DNA of 47,041 nt from a virus: the IMG/VR virus record IMGVR_UViG_3300045988_142192, positions 1 to 47,041 of that record; one strand, given 5' to 3'. Numbering within the stretch: the first letter of the stretch is position 1; each line of letters opens with the position of its first letter. The position numbers and the translations under genes are program-made. Below are positions 14,946 to 22,700 of this stretch, in pieces. Under the pieces are notes generated by a model. It made no database searches and was not told the origin of the DNA. It worked only from the letters and a program-made list of their open reading frames with translations.

Positions 14946-14960
14946 AATAAAACTTTTAAG
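14938..14960. repeat. Gene-boundary motif CTAAATAAAATAAAACTTTTAAG
   Basis: One mismatch to 46785-46806 over the first 21 nt. Confidence 0.75.
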
Positions 14961-14976
14961 ATGTTAGGATGAAGTT

Positions 14977-15336
14977 ATGAGAAATATAAAATTTAGAGCA
15001 TGGAATAAAGAAGAAAATATTATGTATGACCAAGATAATTTAATAGTATCATACTCGCATCTAGGGAATGATTGCTATGTAAACACCAAAGATGATGTAA
15101 GACCTTTATATTTATATACATTGATGCAATACACAGGTATTAAAGATAGTAACGGAACTGAGATATACGAAGGCGATATAGTTGAATTTTATTCAAATGT
15201 TGAAGATGAAATAATAACTGAAGAAGTAGAATATCACTTTGGGATATATAGGGCAGGAGATTATTTTGTAGGTAAAATATACAATAAGTGTAAAGTAATA
15301 GGAAATATATACGAAAATCCAGAATTGTTGGTTTAA
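14977..15336 (+). CDS. YopX-family protein (119 aa)
   Basis: IKFRAWNKEENIMY...LMQYTGIKDSNGTEIYEGDIV...VIGNIYENPELL is the characteristic YopX pattern. Confidence 0.8.
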   Translation: MRNIKFRAWNKEENIMYDQDNLIVSYSHLGNDCYVNTKDDVRPLYLYTLMQYTGIKDSNGTEIYEGDIVEFYSNVEDEIITEEVEYHFGIYRAGDYFVGKIYNKCKVIGNIYENPELLV

Positions 15337-15404
15337 AAGAGGGGTTTTATAATGTCCAAATAGATGTCCTTTGAGATAATTTTAGTACATTTATTCATTA
15401 ATAT

Positions 15405-15432
15405 TCTAAATAAAATAAAAATTTTAAGGAGG
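15405..15432. repeat. Gene-boundary motif TCTAAATAAAATAAAAATTTTAAGGAGG
   Basis: Read directly from the sequence. Same family as 14642 and 46442. Confidence 0.75.
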
Positions 15433-15440
15433 TAATAAAT

Positions 15441-15635
15441 ATGAAAAGAGAGCCTTTTAGTTGTAAAAAATGTGGTAAGAAAATGACTTGGTGTGAAAAT
15501 GGGTCATCTGAATATAATGAAGAATGGTTAGAATGCAGAGAATCAAGAGAATTAACAATAGAAGAAGTTGAGATATATTTTAAAACTATAAAGTACCCAT
15601 CAGGAGATGGATTATATATGTGGTTTGGAATCTAA
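15441..15635 (+). CDS. small zinc-ribbon-like protein (64 aa)
   Basis: FSCKKCGKKMTWCE...ECRE. Confidence 0.5.
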   Translation: MKREPFSCKKCGKKMTWCENGSSEYNEEWLECRESRELTIEEVEIYFKTIKYPSGDGLYMWFGI

Positions 15636-15657
15636 AAAATAAAATTAGGAGAAATAA

Positions 15658-15831
15658 ATGATAAAAGCAATAGAAAGTAACTTATATAAAATTTCAAAAA
15701 ATGAAAATTATGATGAAGATGTTTATTGTATAGAAATAAAGGAAACTGGATGTGGATGTCATATTAATATATTTAAAGAAGAATTAGATGAATTGATAGA
15801 ATTATTGGAAAAGGCTAAAGATATATTATAA
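15658..15831 (+). CDS. hypothetical protein (57 aa)
   Basis: TAGGAG SD. The peptide begins MIKAIESNLYKISK... Confidence 0.45.
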   Translation: MIKAIESNLYKISKNENYDEDVYCIEIKETGCGCHINIFKEELDELIELLEKAKDIL

Positions 15832-15861
15832 AATAATTCTTTTAAGTTATAGGAGCAATTT

Positions 15862-16077
15862 ATGGTTAAATATGTATTCAGTAAAAATAAATGGGATAGT
15901 GAACTAAGAAAGCTACACAATGGAGAAAATCCATTTGCAGAAAAGTGTAAATGGGTAGATATTTGTGATGGTTTAGAAGTAGAAAAGGTTGATTCAACTA
16001 TTGGAATTATAGACATAGGTAAAAAATATGAATATGTAACTGTCTCTTTGAAATGTTGCGAAGAAATATATATATAA
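15862..16077 (+). CDS. hypothetical protein (71 aa)
   Basis: ORF-track ORF with a TAGGAG SD. Confidence 0.5.
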   Translation: MVKYVFSKNKWDSELRKLHNGENPFAEKCKWVDICDGLEVEKVDSTIGIIDIGKKYEYVTVSLKCCEEIYI

Positions 16078-16107
16078 AATAAAAATATCAATTTATAGGA
16101 GGAAGTC

Positions 16108-16323
16108 ATGAAAGATAACTTAAACGAGAAATGGATAACATGTGCTATTGATATAGATACAGATTATGTTGAAAGGGTATTTAAAATAGATACGGATAAG
16201 ATAAATTCTTTAGAAGATGTAAAAGAAATATTGGGAGCATTGGATTTGGGAATAAAAGGAACATCAAAGATAATGAGTACAAATGGTCATGACGTTGGTA
16301 AATTGAGCAAGTATTTAAAATAG
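16108..16323 (+). CDS. hypothetical protein (71 aa)
   Basis: ORF-track ORF with a TAGGAGGAAG SD. Confidence 0.5.
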   Translation: MKDNLNEKWITCAIDIDTDYVERVFKIDTDKINSLEDVKEILGALDLGIKGTSKIMSTNGHDVGKLSKYLK

Positions 16324-16349
16324 AAGGAAGTTATGAAAGGAAGGAAGTT

Positions 16350-16514
16350 ATGAAAGAAAGAATTGATAATTATATACAATGTCCAAAGTGTTTAAAAAGA
16401 TTGATATTAAAAAAAGGGGGGTGGAATACAACTCCTTATTGTAAACATTGTGATGTTGAATATGATATAGTGTTTTATTCTGAAGAAATGAAATTTACAA
16501 TTACTGAAAAGTAA
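16350..16514 (+). CDS. small zinc-ribbon protein (54 aa)
   Basis: YIQCPKCLKR...PYCKHCDV. The start is the second copy of the tandem GGAAGTTATGAAAG duplication. Confidence 0.45.
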   Translation: MKERIDNYIQCPKCLKRLILKKGGWNTTPYCKHCDVEYDIVFYSEEMKFTITEK

Positions 16515-16584
16515 AGTATTGCTAAAATAAAGTCTTTAAGATGGTTTGGTACCGACATTAATGTCGGGAGCATAGGAGGAAGTT

Positions 16585-16770
16585 ATGAGTAATAAAAATA
16601 ATGTACTAACAGTAGAAGTAAAAGCTACTGAAATAGATGTAGTTAAAGATATAATAGGTTCTCTTATATTTATGTTAGAAGATAATAGAATAGATATAAG
16701 AATAAGAGAGCAATATTTAAACAGTTGCAAATATTTAAAAGATAATTTCTATGTAAATATAAATAGATAA
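16585..16770 (+). CDS. hypothetical protein (61 aa)
   Basis: ORF-track ORF with a TAGGAGGAAG SD. Confidence 0.5.
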   Translation: MSNKNNVLTVEVKATEIDVVKDIIGSLIFMLEDNRIDIRIREQYLNSCKYLKDNFYVNINR

Positions 16771-16795
16771 AACAATAATATCTAGGGGGGGTATT

Positions 16796-17194
16796 ATGAC
16801 TAAAGATAAATATAAATATATTGAAGGGTTATTAAGAAATTATAAAAAAAATAAATCAAGAATTAAAATATTAGAGTTGGGGCTAGTTACTGATGATGAT
16901 TATACACTTTCTGCGATAGATTACTCAAAAGATAAAATACAAACTTCTAATAAAAGTGATTTATCTGATGCAATAGTTAAAAGAGAAAGAGAATTAGATA
17001 AATTAAAGTATGAGGTAAGCCTAACAGATGCACTCTTAGAAAGTTTGAATAATAAAGATAAATATATTATAGAAGCTTTTTACATAGAAAATATTAGAAT
17101 GAATAAAATCGCAGTAAAATTAAATTACTACGAAACTAAAAGTATATGGAACAACAAAGATAGAATAATGAATAGCTTAGTAGAGTTAGTGTAG
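16796..17194 (+). CDS. ArpU/RinA-like (sigma-70 region-4-like) late transcription regulator (132 aa)
   Basis: YIEGLLRNYKKNKSRIKILE plus a C-terminal ..YIIEAFYIENIRMNKIAVKLNYYETKSIWNNKDR HTH. It is the last gene before the packaging module. Confidence 0.6.
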   Translation: MTKDKYKYIEGLLRNYKKNKSRIKILELGLVTDDDYTLSAIDYSKDKIQTSNKSDLSDAIVKRERELDKLKYEVSLTDALLESLNNKDKYIIEAFYIENIRMNKIAVKLNYYETKSIWNNKDRIMNSLVELV

Positions 17195-17215
17195 GTGTAA
17201 AAACCTACTTTTTTA
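17191..17215 (+). terminator. Intrinsic terminator
   Basis: GTAGGT-gtaaaa-ACCTAC followed by TTTTTT. Confidence 0.7.
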
Positions 17216-17227
17216 TTACCCAAAAAA

Positions 17228-17253
17228 TCTCGGAAGTATTGAAATTACTATAT
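17228..17253 (+). promoter_or_regulatory. Shared motif / candidate late promoter (TTGAAA-17-TAAATT)
   Basis: TCTCGGAAGTATTGAAATTACTATAT shares its 13-nt core with 13409-13421. It sits immediately after the regulator's terminator. Confidence 0.4.
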
Positions 17254-17392
17254 TCTTACTTTAAATTTGCATTTTATTTACAAATTATATGTAGTATTAT
17301 ATTAACATAGATATTTTATGATAATTTCATAATTATTTTTAATCTCCTTATTACTTATATTATTTTTAATATTTTTATTTTGAATTTTTATC

Positions 17393-17422
17393 CTAGCATA
17401 TCAGTTTAAATTGATGTGCTAG
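17393..17422. repeat. 11-bp-arm inverted repeat in the AT-rich tract upstream of the packaging genes
   Basis: CTAGCATATCA-gtttaaat-TGATGTGCTAG, with one mismatch. Confidence 0.6.
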
Positions 17423-17446
17423 TATTAAAACTCAAAGGTGGTAGAG

Positions 17447-17596
17447 TTGAAGGAGAGAAAAACTAAGGTTAAAACGAAGGTATGGAAAGATGTAGATGAA
17501 GTTGTAAAAGCTACTATTGAAGTACCTAAGAGGGCACAATGGCTAGTTGAAGTCATGGAAGAAGTACCAAAGGGGAATAGAAGTCTAAGAGATTAG
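17447..17596 (+). CDS. small basic protein (49 aa, TTG start)
   Basis: AAAGGTGG SD 5 nt before the TTG. A strong terminator follows. It is below the ORF-track cut-off. Confidence 0.3.
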   Translation: MKERKTKVKTKVWKDVDEVVKATIEVPKRAQWLVEVMEEVPKGNRSLRD

Positions 17597-17615
17597 GCTT
17601 CTTTTTATTTTATTT
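17579..17615 (+). terminator. Intrinsic terminator
   Basis: AGAAGTCTAA-gaga-TTAGGCTTCT (one G-U pair) followed by TTTTTATTTTATTT. Confidence 0.7.
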
Positions 17616-17621
17616 AAGGAG
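17597..17621. repeat. Direct repeat GCTTCTTTTTATTTTATTTAAGGAG (left flank of the methyltransferase gene)
   Basis: Matches 18344-18369 apart from one extra T. Confidence 0.85.
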
Positions 17622-17627
17622 ATAAAA

Positions 17628-18344
17628 ATGTATAAGTTATATAATGGGGATTGTCTTGAAATAATGGATAAATTAATAGAAGAAGGTGTAAAAGTTGATA
17701 TGATTTTAACTGATATACCTTATGGGACAACTAATAATAAGTGGGATAGTGTTATTCCTTTTGACAAGATGTGGGAAAGAATAAATAAGATAATAAACAG
17801 TAATACTGCGGTATTATTATTTGCACAAACTCCATTCGATAAAGCTTTAGGATTTAGCAATATAAAGAAGTTAAAATATGAGTGGATATGGGAGAAAAGC
17901 CAGTCTACTGGTTTTTTAAATGCTAAAAAGATGCCGTTAAAATCATCCGAGAATATACTTGTATTTTATGACAAATTACCCACTTATAACCCTCAAATGC
18001 GAAAAGGGTTTAAACCTTATAAATGTGTACAAGGAAGACACTCTAGTAATTATGGCACATATAATGAAGGACATATAAGTATAAGCAATGGAGAAAGATA
18101 CCCTATTAATATAATAAAATTTGATAAAGAGAGTGGACATCATCCCACACAAAAACCAGTTGCATTATTAGAATACTTAATAAAAACATATACAAATGAA
18201 AACGAAACAGTGTTAGATTTTACTATGGGTAGTGGCTCGACAGGTGTAGCTTGTATGAATACAAATAGAAAATTCATAGGTATCGAATTGGATGAAAATT
18301 ATTTTAATATAGCAAAACAAAGAATTGAGGAAGCTTGTAAGTAG
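17628..18344 (+). CDS. Orphan DNA methyltransferase (N6-A/N4-C, beta-class order)
   Basis: Motif IV is DIPYGT. The SAM-binding motif TVLDFTMGSGSTGVAC lies near the C-terminus, and HPTQKP is present. No nuclease partner is adjacent. Confidence 0.85.
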   Translation: MYKLYNGDCLEIMDKLIEEGVKVDMILTDIPYGTTNNKWDSVIPFDKMWERINKIINSNTAVLLFAQTPFDKALGFSNIKKLKYEWIWEKSQSTGFLNAKKMPLKSSENILVFYDKLPTYNPQMRKGFKPYKCVQGRHSSNYGTYNEGHISISNGERYPINIIKFDKESGHHPTQKPVALLEYLIKTYTNENETVLDFTMGSGSTGVACMNTNRKFIGIELDENYFNIAKQRIEEACK

Positions 18345-18360
18345 CTTCTTTTTTATTTTA
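18330..18360 (+). terminator. Intrinsic terminator
   Basis: GAAGCT-tgtaagt-AGCTTC followed by TTTTTTATTTT. Confidence 0.6.
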
Positions 18361-18369
18361 TTTAAGGAG
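18344..18369. repeat. Direct repeat GCTTCTTTTTTATTTTATTTAAGGAG (right flank of the methyltransferase gene)
   Basis: Matches 17597-17621. Confidence 0.85.
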
Positions 18370-18377
18370 GTGAAACT

Positions 18378-18824
18378 TTGAGTTTAACCATAAAACAAGA
18401 AATATTCGTGCAGAGATTGATTGAAGGCTATTCTCAAAGAGAAGCCTATAAATTCGCATATAATTGCGAGAAAATGAAAGATGAAAGCATAGATATAGAA
18501 GCTTCTAAATTATTTAATAACCCTAAGATTTCCCTAAGGTATCAAGAGTTATTAGATGAATATAAGGAAAAAGCTAAATGGAACAGAAGTAAAGCAGAAG
18601 AAAAGCTTATGTGGTTATTAGATAAATCACAAGAAGATATAGAATATAGGGGGTTGAAACAAGCTAACTCGAATTCAATGCTAAATACAATAAAAGAACT
18701 AAATACTCTCACTGATTTATACCCTAAGAAAAATAAAGAAGAAGATATTAATTTAGAAGATAGAGAAGCTGAAAAGATAGCTAATGCAATACTTGAATTG
18801 AGGAAAAGAAATGGAATTAGATAA
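18378..18824 (+). CDS. terS: Terminase small subunit
   Basis: LTIKQEIFVQRLIEGYSQREAYKFAY is a typical terS N-terminal HTH. TTG start after an AAGGAGGTG SD. It overlaps terL. Confidence 0.75.
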   Translation: MSLTIKQEIFVQRLIEGYSQREAYKFAYNCEKMKDESIDIEASKLFNNPKISLRYQELLDEYKEKAKWNRSKAEEKLMWLLDKSQEDIEYRGLKQANSNSMLNTIKELNTLTDLYPKKNKEEDINLEDREAEKIANAILELRKRNGIR

Positions 18825-20037
18825 TTATACACCTAAACAAATTGAAGTATTAGAAAGTTTTGCAATAGATAATCCTAAAATTCTTATTTGTAGTGGGGCA
18901 AAAAGAGCAGGAAAAACATTTATACTTATAAAAATATTCTTAGCCCATGTATCTTTATTTAGAAACAAAGGAGTTAGCTTTATAATTGGTGGGACTACTC
19001 AATCGTCTATTAGAAGGAATATATTAAATGACATGGAATTGATTTTAGGTAGGGAAATAACTTTAGGTAAGGATAGTTCTTTTAAATTGTATGGGAATAA
19101 AATCTATTGCTTTCATGGGGCTAATGCAGATAGTTACAAAGCTATGAGAGGGTTTACAAGTGCAGGGGCTTTACTTAATGAAGCTACTACTTTACATGAT
19201 ACTTTTGTAAAAGAAGCTATTTCAAGATGTTCTTACGAAGGTGCTAGGATATTTATGGACACGAATCCAGAGAATCCTACCCATACAGTAAAAGTTGATT
19301 ACATAGACAAAGACGGTCAATTACTTAGCAATGGACAATTAAACATAAAAGCTTTTAATTTCACTTTATACGATAATACATTTTTAAATAAAGAGTATAT
19401 AGAAAGTATTGAAGCTTCTACTCCAAGTGGAATGTTTTTTCAACGAGATGTGATGGGGACATGGGTAGCCTCAGAAGGTGTTGTGTATCAAGACTTTGAT
19501 AAAGATAAACATTACATAAAAGAAGTTGATATAAAAGATATTCAGTTTAAAAAATACTTTTGTGGCGTTGACTTTGGTTGGGAACATTATGGTTCAATAG
19601 TAGTAATTGGAAAAGATTTAGAAGATAATTATTATTTAATAAAAGAGTATGCTTTTCAACACAAAGATATAGAAGATTGGATTAATATTGCAAAAGAAAT
19701 TAAATCTAAATACGGGAACATTAATTTCTATTGCGACCATGCTAGACCTGATTATATAGATAAGCTTAAAAGAAGCGGTATAAGAGCAATAAATGCTAAT
19801 AAAGAAGTATTAGAAGGTATTTCAATGATAGCTAAGTTATTTAAAACAGATAAGCTTTTTATACTTGAAGATAATGTAACTAGATTTAAAGATGAAATAT
19901 ATAACTATGTTTGGCAAAAAGGTAAAGATGACCCAGTTAAACAATTTGATGATGTTTTAGATAGTTTAAGATATGCTATTTATTCAGAATCAAAGAGAAC
20001 TGGAAAAATGTTTGATAGAAACAAATATAACGTATAG
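18811..20037 (+). CDS. terL: Terminase large subunit
   Basis: Walker A CSGAKRAGKT, a C-terminal nuclease-type region, and the expected size and position. Confidence 0.9.
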   Translation: MELDNYTPKQIEVLESFAIDNPKILICSGAKRAGKTFILIKIFLAHVSLFRNKGVSFIIGGTTQSSIRRNILNDMELILGREITLGKDSSFKLYGNKIYCFHGANADSYKAMRGFTSAGALLNEATTLHDTFVKEAISRCSYEGARIFMDTNPENPTHTVKVDYIDKDGQLLSNGQLNIKAFNFTLYDNTFLNKEYIESIEASTPSGMFFQRDVMGTWVASEGVVYQDFDKDKHYIKEVDIKDIQFKKYFCGVDFGWEHYGSIVVIGKDLEDNYYLIKEYAFQHKDIEDWINIAKEIKSKYGNINFYCDHARPDYIDKLKRSGIRAINANKEVLEGISMIAKLFKTDKLFILEDNVTRFKDEIYNYVWQKGKDDPVKQFDDVLDSLRYAIYSESKRTGKMFDRNKYNV

Positions 20038-20047
20038 GAGGTGTATT

Positions 20048-21415
20048 ATGAGGAAAATAAAAATAGATAAAGATTATACTTTAACTAACGATTTAATACT
20101 TGATTTAATAGATAAACATTCAGAAGAAAAATCAAGATTAGAAAAGCTTCTAAAATATTACAATAATAAAAATGACAAGATAAGCAATAGAGTATATAAA
20201 AATAAAAATAAGCCTAAAAATAGATTATCGCACCCTTACGCACAATATATAACAGATACTGCGGTTGGCTATTTATTAGGTAAACCTATAGCTTATACTA
20301 CAGAAGACAAAAAGCTTTTAGAAGAAATAACTGATATATTTAAGTATAATGATGAAGCTGACAACAATACAACTTTAGCAAAGATGGCTTCTATATATGG
20401 TTATGCTTATGAAATAATGTACATAGATAAATTTGCTAAGCCTAGGTTTAAAGCGATAGACCCTTCACAGTTAATAGTTTGTTATGATAACACTTTAGAA
20501 GAAAATATAATATTAGCTATTAGATATTATGATGAAATAGTTAGAGTTAATGATAGAGATGAAACTGTAACTAGGTTAGAAATATACACTAAACCTACTC
20601 AAAATGACAAAGGGCAAATAGTTAGCAATGGTAAAATTATAAGAGGAACTATAGAAAATAACTATATAACTTTATCAGATGAAGAAGATTGTTATTTTGA
20701 TGATATACCAGTAAATGTATATATCAATAATGACGAGTTGTATGGGGACTTTGAAAAAGTAATTAGTTTGATAGACGCTTATGACCAAAGCCAATCTGAT
20801 ACTGCTAATGATTTTGAACTGTTTACTAATTGCATGTTAGTAGTTAATGGGGAGTTAATAGACGACGAACAAGCTAAAGATTTAAATGACATAAATTTAA
20901 TACAATTTTTAAATTCAGATAGTGATGCTAAATACCTTATAAAAGATATACAAGATACTGCTTTAGAGAATTATAAAAATAGGTTAAATGAAGATATACA
21001 CCGTTTTAGCTTCGTTCCTAATATGACTGATGAAAATTTCAGCAATAACGCTTCAGGTATCGCGATGAAATTTAAGCTTATGGGGCTTGAAAATTTAATA
21101 GGAGTTAAGGAAAGCAAATTTAGAAAAGGTTTAATGAGAAGAATAGAATTATTATGTGCTTATGCTAAGATGAAAAATAATAGTGATTATTCTTATTTAG
21201 CTATTGAGCCAGTCTTTACTAGAAATACTCCTAACAATGAATTAGAGTTATCTCAAATAATGCAAAACTTAGATGGAATTTTAAGTGAAGAAACTATAAT
21301 TGGGATGTCGCCTAGAGTTAGTGATATTCAAGCAGAAATAGAGAAAAAAGAAAAAGAAGCTAATAAGCTTTATGAGGATAATTATTCTGAATTAGGTGTT
21401 GCAGATGAAGAATAA
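20048..21415 (+). CDS. Portal protein (SPP1 gp6-like)
   Basis: 455 aa directly after terL. ATG 20048 follows an AGGAGGTG SD; the track start at 19973 overlaps terL and has no SD. Confidence 0.8.
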   Translation: MRKIKIDKDYTLTNDLILDLIDKHSEEKSRLEKLLKYYNNKNDKISNRVYKNKNKPKNRLSHPYAQYITDTAVGYLLGKPIAYTTEDKKLLEEITDIFKYNDEADNNTTLAKMASIYGYAYEIMYIDKFAKPRFKAIDPSQLIVCYDNTLEENIILAIRYYDEIVRVNDRDETVTRLEIYTKPTQNDKGQIVSNGKIIRGTIENNYITLSDEEDCYFDDIPVNVYINNDELYGDFEKVISLIDAYDQSQSDTANDFELFTNCMLVVNGELIDDEQAKDLNDINLIQFLNSDSDAKYLIKDIQDTALENYKNRLNEDIHRFSFVPNMTDENFSNNASGIAMKFKLMGLENLIGVKESKFRKGLMRRIELLCAYAKMKNNSDYSYLAIEPVFTRNTPNNELELSQIMQNLDGILSEETIIGMSPRVSDIQAEIEKKEKEANKLYEDNYSELGVADEE

Positions 21416-22298
21416 TTTATCTAGTGAAGAGTATTGGCAAAAAAGGGAAGCCTATAAACTCAAAAAAGGCTTAAAAGATTTAAAGAAAATAGAAAAAAAA
21501 TTAGTTGATGAATATAAAAAAGCTATGAATGAGATAGGCAAAGAAATTAGTAATTTATTTTATAAATATGCTAAAGATAATAACCTATCCTATTCTGATG
21601 CAAAAAAATATTTAAACAGTAGCGAATTTAGAGAATTTAAGCATGATTTAAAAACTTATATGAAGCTTATAGAAGAATATGCAGATGATGAACTTTTACT
21701 TGAATTAAATACTTTAGCTATGAAAAGCCGTATAAGCCGTTTAGAGGAAATGTTTTATCAGTGTGGTAAATACATTAATGAAGTATATGAAAGCACTAAT
21801 AAAAGGCTTCAAATAGCTTACAGTAGCACTATAAAAGATAATTATTACCAAACTATATATGATATGCACAAAGCAATAGGTGTTGGTGCGAGTTTTTCAT
21901 ATATTGATAATGATATGATAAAAGAAATATTAGCTTTTCCCTGGAGTGGCAGACATTATAGTCAAAGGTTATGGAGTAACAGAACTAAATTAAAAAATGC
22001 TATGATTGAAGAACTTACTCAAATGCTTATACAAGGGAAAGGTGTAAAAGAAACTTCTAAAGCATTATCTAAAAGATTAGATGCAGATTTAAAGAATTGT
22101 ATTAGGCTTATACAAACTGAACACGCTTATTTTATGGAAATCGCATCACAAAAGGCTTATGAGGAATGTGATGTAACTAAATATAAAATACTTGCGACAT
22201 TAGATAAACGTACAAGTGAAATATGTCAAAGGTTAGATGGGGAGGTGTTTAATGTTAAGGATGCAATAGTTGGTGTAAATATGCCTCCTTTTCATTGA
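21405..22298 (+). CDS. Head morphogenesis protein (SPP1 gp7 / Mu F-like), truncated by an in-frame TGA
   Basis: LDKRTSEICQRLDGEVF..NMPPFH ends at TGA 22296-22298. The rest of the conserved motif continues in frame downstream. Confidence 0.7.
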   Translation: MKNNLSSEEYWQKREAYKLKKGLKDLKKIEKKLVDEYKKAMNEIGKEISNLFYKYAKDNNLSYSDAKKYLNSSEFREFKHDLKTYMKLIEEYADDELLLELNTLAMKSRISRLEEMFYQCGKYINEVYESTNKRLQIAYSSTIKDNYYQTIYDMHKAIGVGASFSYIDNDMIKEILAFPWSGRHYSQRLWSNRTKLKNAMIEELTQMLIQGKGVKETSKALSKRLDADLKNCIRLIQTEHAYFMEIASQKAYEECDVTKYKILATLDKRTSEICQRLDGEVFNVKDAIVGVNMPPFH

Positions 22299-22442
22299 CA
22301 TCCTTATTGCAGAACGACAACTATACCATATATGCAAGAGGATTACTCAACTAGATTTGCAAGAGATAGCAAAGGTAAAAGAATGGAAATAGATTCAAAT
22401 ATGACTTACAAAGAATGGGCTAAGATTTACAAAGTAGATTAA
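22299..22442 (+). pseudogene. In-frame 3' remainder of the gp7/MuF-like gene (47 codons after the TGA)
   Basis: HPYCRTTTIPY... completes the PPxHPxCRC-type motif. It is in the same frame as 21405-22298 and has no start or SD of its own. Confidence 0.6.
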
Positions 22443-22462
22443 CAATAGTTAGTCTTTTTTTA
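22436..22462 (+). terminator. Intrinsic terminator
   Basis: AGATTAAC / GTTAGTCT stem (one G-U pair) followed by a T-run. Confidence 0.55.
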
Positions 22463-22556
22463 TGCTTAAATTTATTAATGCTTATACAGAGTAAAAGCTA
22501 AAGAAAATAACTATATATATTTAGTAATTATATTAGTAATTGTTATAGTATTTGTT

Positions 22557-22657
22557 GTGTGTGAAAAACCCAACTGGTGTAGTATGAAAAAACCATACTA
22601 CCCGTGTGTGAAAAAACCAACTGGTACGATTTAACCAGTATGAAAAAACCATACTAC
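22557..22657. repeat. Second iteron array (four TGAAAAA(A)CC(C)A-type repeats) in a non-coding island
   Basis: Cores lie at 22563, 22586, 22610 and 22642, spaced 23/24/32 bp. GTGTGAAAAACCCAACT at 22559-22575 is identical over 17 nt to 5948-5964 in the initiator gene. GTAGTATG-aaaaaac-CATACTAC is a palindrome. Confidence 0.8.
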
Positions 22658-22676
22658 TAAAACCATACTGCTTAAC

Positions 22677-22700
22677 GAAGCTATCAAGCTTCTTTTTTTA
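22677..22700 (+). terminator. Intrinsic terminator
   Basis: GAAGCT-atca-AGCTTC followed by TTTTTTT. Confidence 0.6.

Noticed and set aside
16333-16353. The first ATG of the tandem GGAAGTTATGAAAG duplication, considered as a gene start.
   Set aside because: It opens only a 6-codon ORF (MKGRKL). The second copy, at 16350, starts the 54-aa zinc-ribbon ORF.
19973-20047. The upstream alternative starts given by the ORF track: 19973, 26886, 32845, 34607, 44242, 2703, 6363, 9318, 13502, 21396, 24345 and 24689.
   Set aside because: They lack SD sequences or lie inside upstream genes, promoters or operators. Internal ATG/TTG codons with canonical GGAGG-type SDs at 5-9 nt spacing were preferred. Exact starts remain predictions.
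22296-22298. Genome-wide TGA reassignment (TGA read as Trp or another sense codon), suggested by the in-frame TGAs at 4432 and 22296.
   Set aside because: TGA clearly terminates other genes at ATGA start/stop overlaps (8357-8359, 12973-12975, 33214-33216) and at 25849-25851. The element therefore uses the standard code, and the two cases need local explanations.
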